Below are positions 26,751 through 27,263 of a DNA stretch of 27,263 bases, piece by piece (position 1 is the stretch's first letter; each line of letters begins with the position of its first letter). The notes below the pieces were generated by a model. It searched no databases. It had not been told where the DNA came from and was given only the letters and a program-made list of their open reading frames with translations. The stretch spans positions 1-27,263 of the forward strand of contig JAAZDL010000138.1 of NCBI GenBank assembly GCA_012512795.1, read 5' to 3'. The translations under genes were made by a program, and so were the position numbers. The DNA comes from Mycoplasmatota bacterium. Its GTDB lineage: Bacteria; Bacillota_I; Bacilli_A; RF39; UBA660.

Positions 26751-27263
26751 AAATTACACCTGGAAATGATCCTATTCCAATTGGAATACCTATTAAATAC
26801 CAAGCAACTATAACAACTACAAATATAGAGAATATAACAATAGAATAAGGCATCATATATTTAACACTACCAAACAAAGTAACTGTATCATTTTTATTAT
26901 ATTTTTCCATAAAAGCTAAATATATAACAAAGAATAAGAATAATGGAGTTATACCATTTGTTATACTATCAGATGCATTAAATACTATTTGAGAAAATTC
27001 AGGACTAATGCTTGCATTCATAAATAAAGGAACAACAGTTGCTGATAGAATGCTCCACTTTAAGACAGAGTTTGGACAAACCAAATTAACAACAGTTATA
27101 ATTAACAAAACTATTAATATAAGCCAAATCCCGGTAAATGTTAAAGAACTTATTATATTAGAAGCAAAAGCAGTTAAAACAACACCTATATTACTCGCTT
27201 CATATATATTAATAAATAATGAAGCAAAAAATATTAACACTATAATACTACCTATACCATCTA
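26740..27263 (-). CDS. AbgT-family transporter, C-terminal part (5' end outside the window)
   Basis: Frame is open to the window edge; KWSILS...VPLFM...SPEF.Q, DSITNGITPL, MMPYS, W...GIPIG pattern. Confidence 0.75.
   Translation of the reverse strand, partial: DGIGSIIVLIFFASLFINIYEASNIGVVLTAFASNIISSLTFTGIWLILIVLLIITVVNLVCPNSVLKWSILSATVVPLFMNASISPEFSQIVFNASDSITNGITPLFLFFVIYLAFMEKYNKNDTVTLFGSVKYMMPYSIVIFSIFVVVIVAWYLIGIPIGIGSFPGVIYGS

Overview
Very AT-rich chromosomal window using genetic code 11 (TGA is used as stop, e.g. 11712 and 24452; Trp is TGG). Gene content (DAP-type murE, phosphoketolase, rubrerythrin, CIRCE-controlled hsp20) fits a reduced-genome anaerobic Bacillota/Bacilli lineage; an RF39-like assignment is an inference only. 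Confident housekeeping features are tRNA-Gly(TCC), tRNA-Asn(GTT), murE, xfp, tsaE, rbr, a CarD-like gene, hsp20, ychF, an SNase-family nuclease and a partial AbgT-like transporter. There are three ABC systems. No integrase, transposase, CRISPR array or att duplication was seen. The most interesting unexplained elements are: (i) an orphan with an ADP-ribosyltransferase-like N-terminal motif series just downstream of tRNA-Gly; (ii) a Cys-rich secreted protein plus ABC operon whose first gene has a broken start at an A9 tract, head-to-head with a stand-alone MraZ-like regulator; (iii) a Clp ATPase reduced to its first AAA+ domain with a degenerate pore loop; (iv) an exported double-thioredoxin/rhodanese-lipoprotein pair next to a membrane-anchored XRE regulator; (v) a GC-enriched, tRNA-like structured spacer before tRNA-Gly. 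All family calls come from motif recognition by eye; no database search was run.
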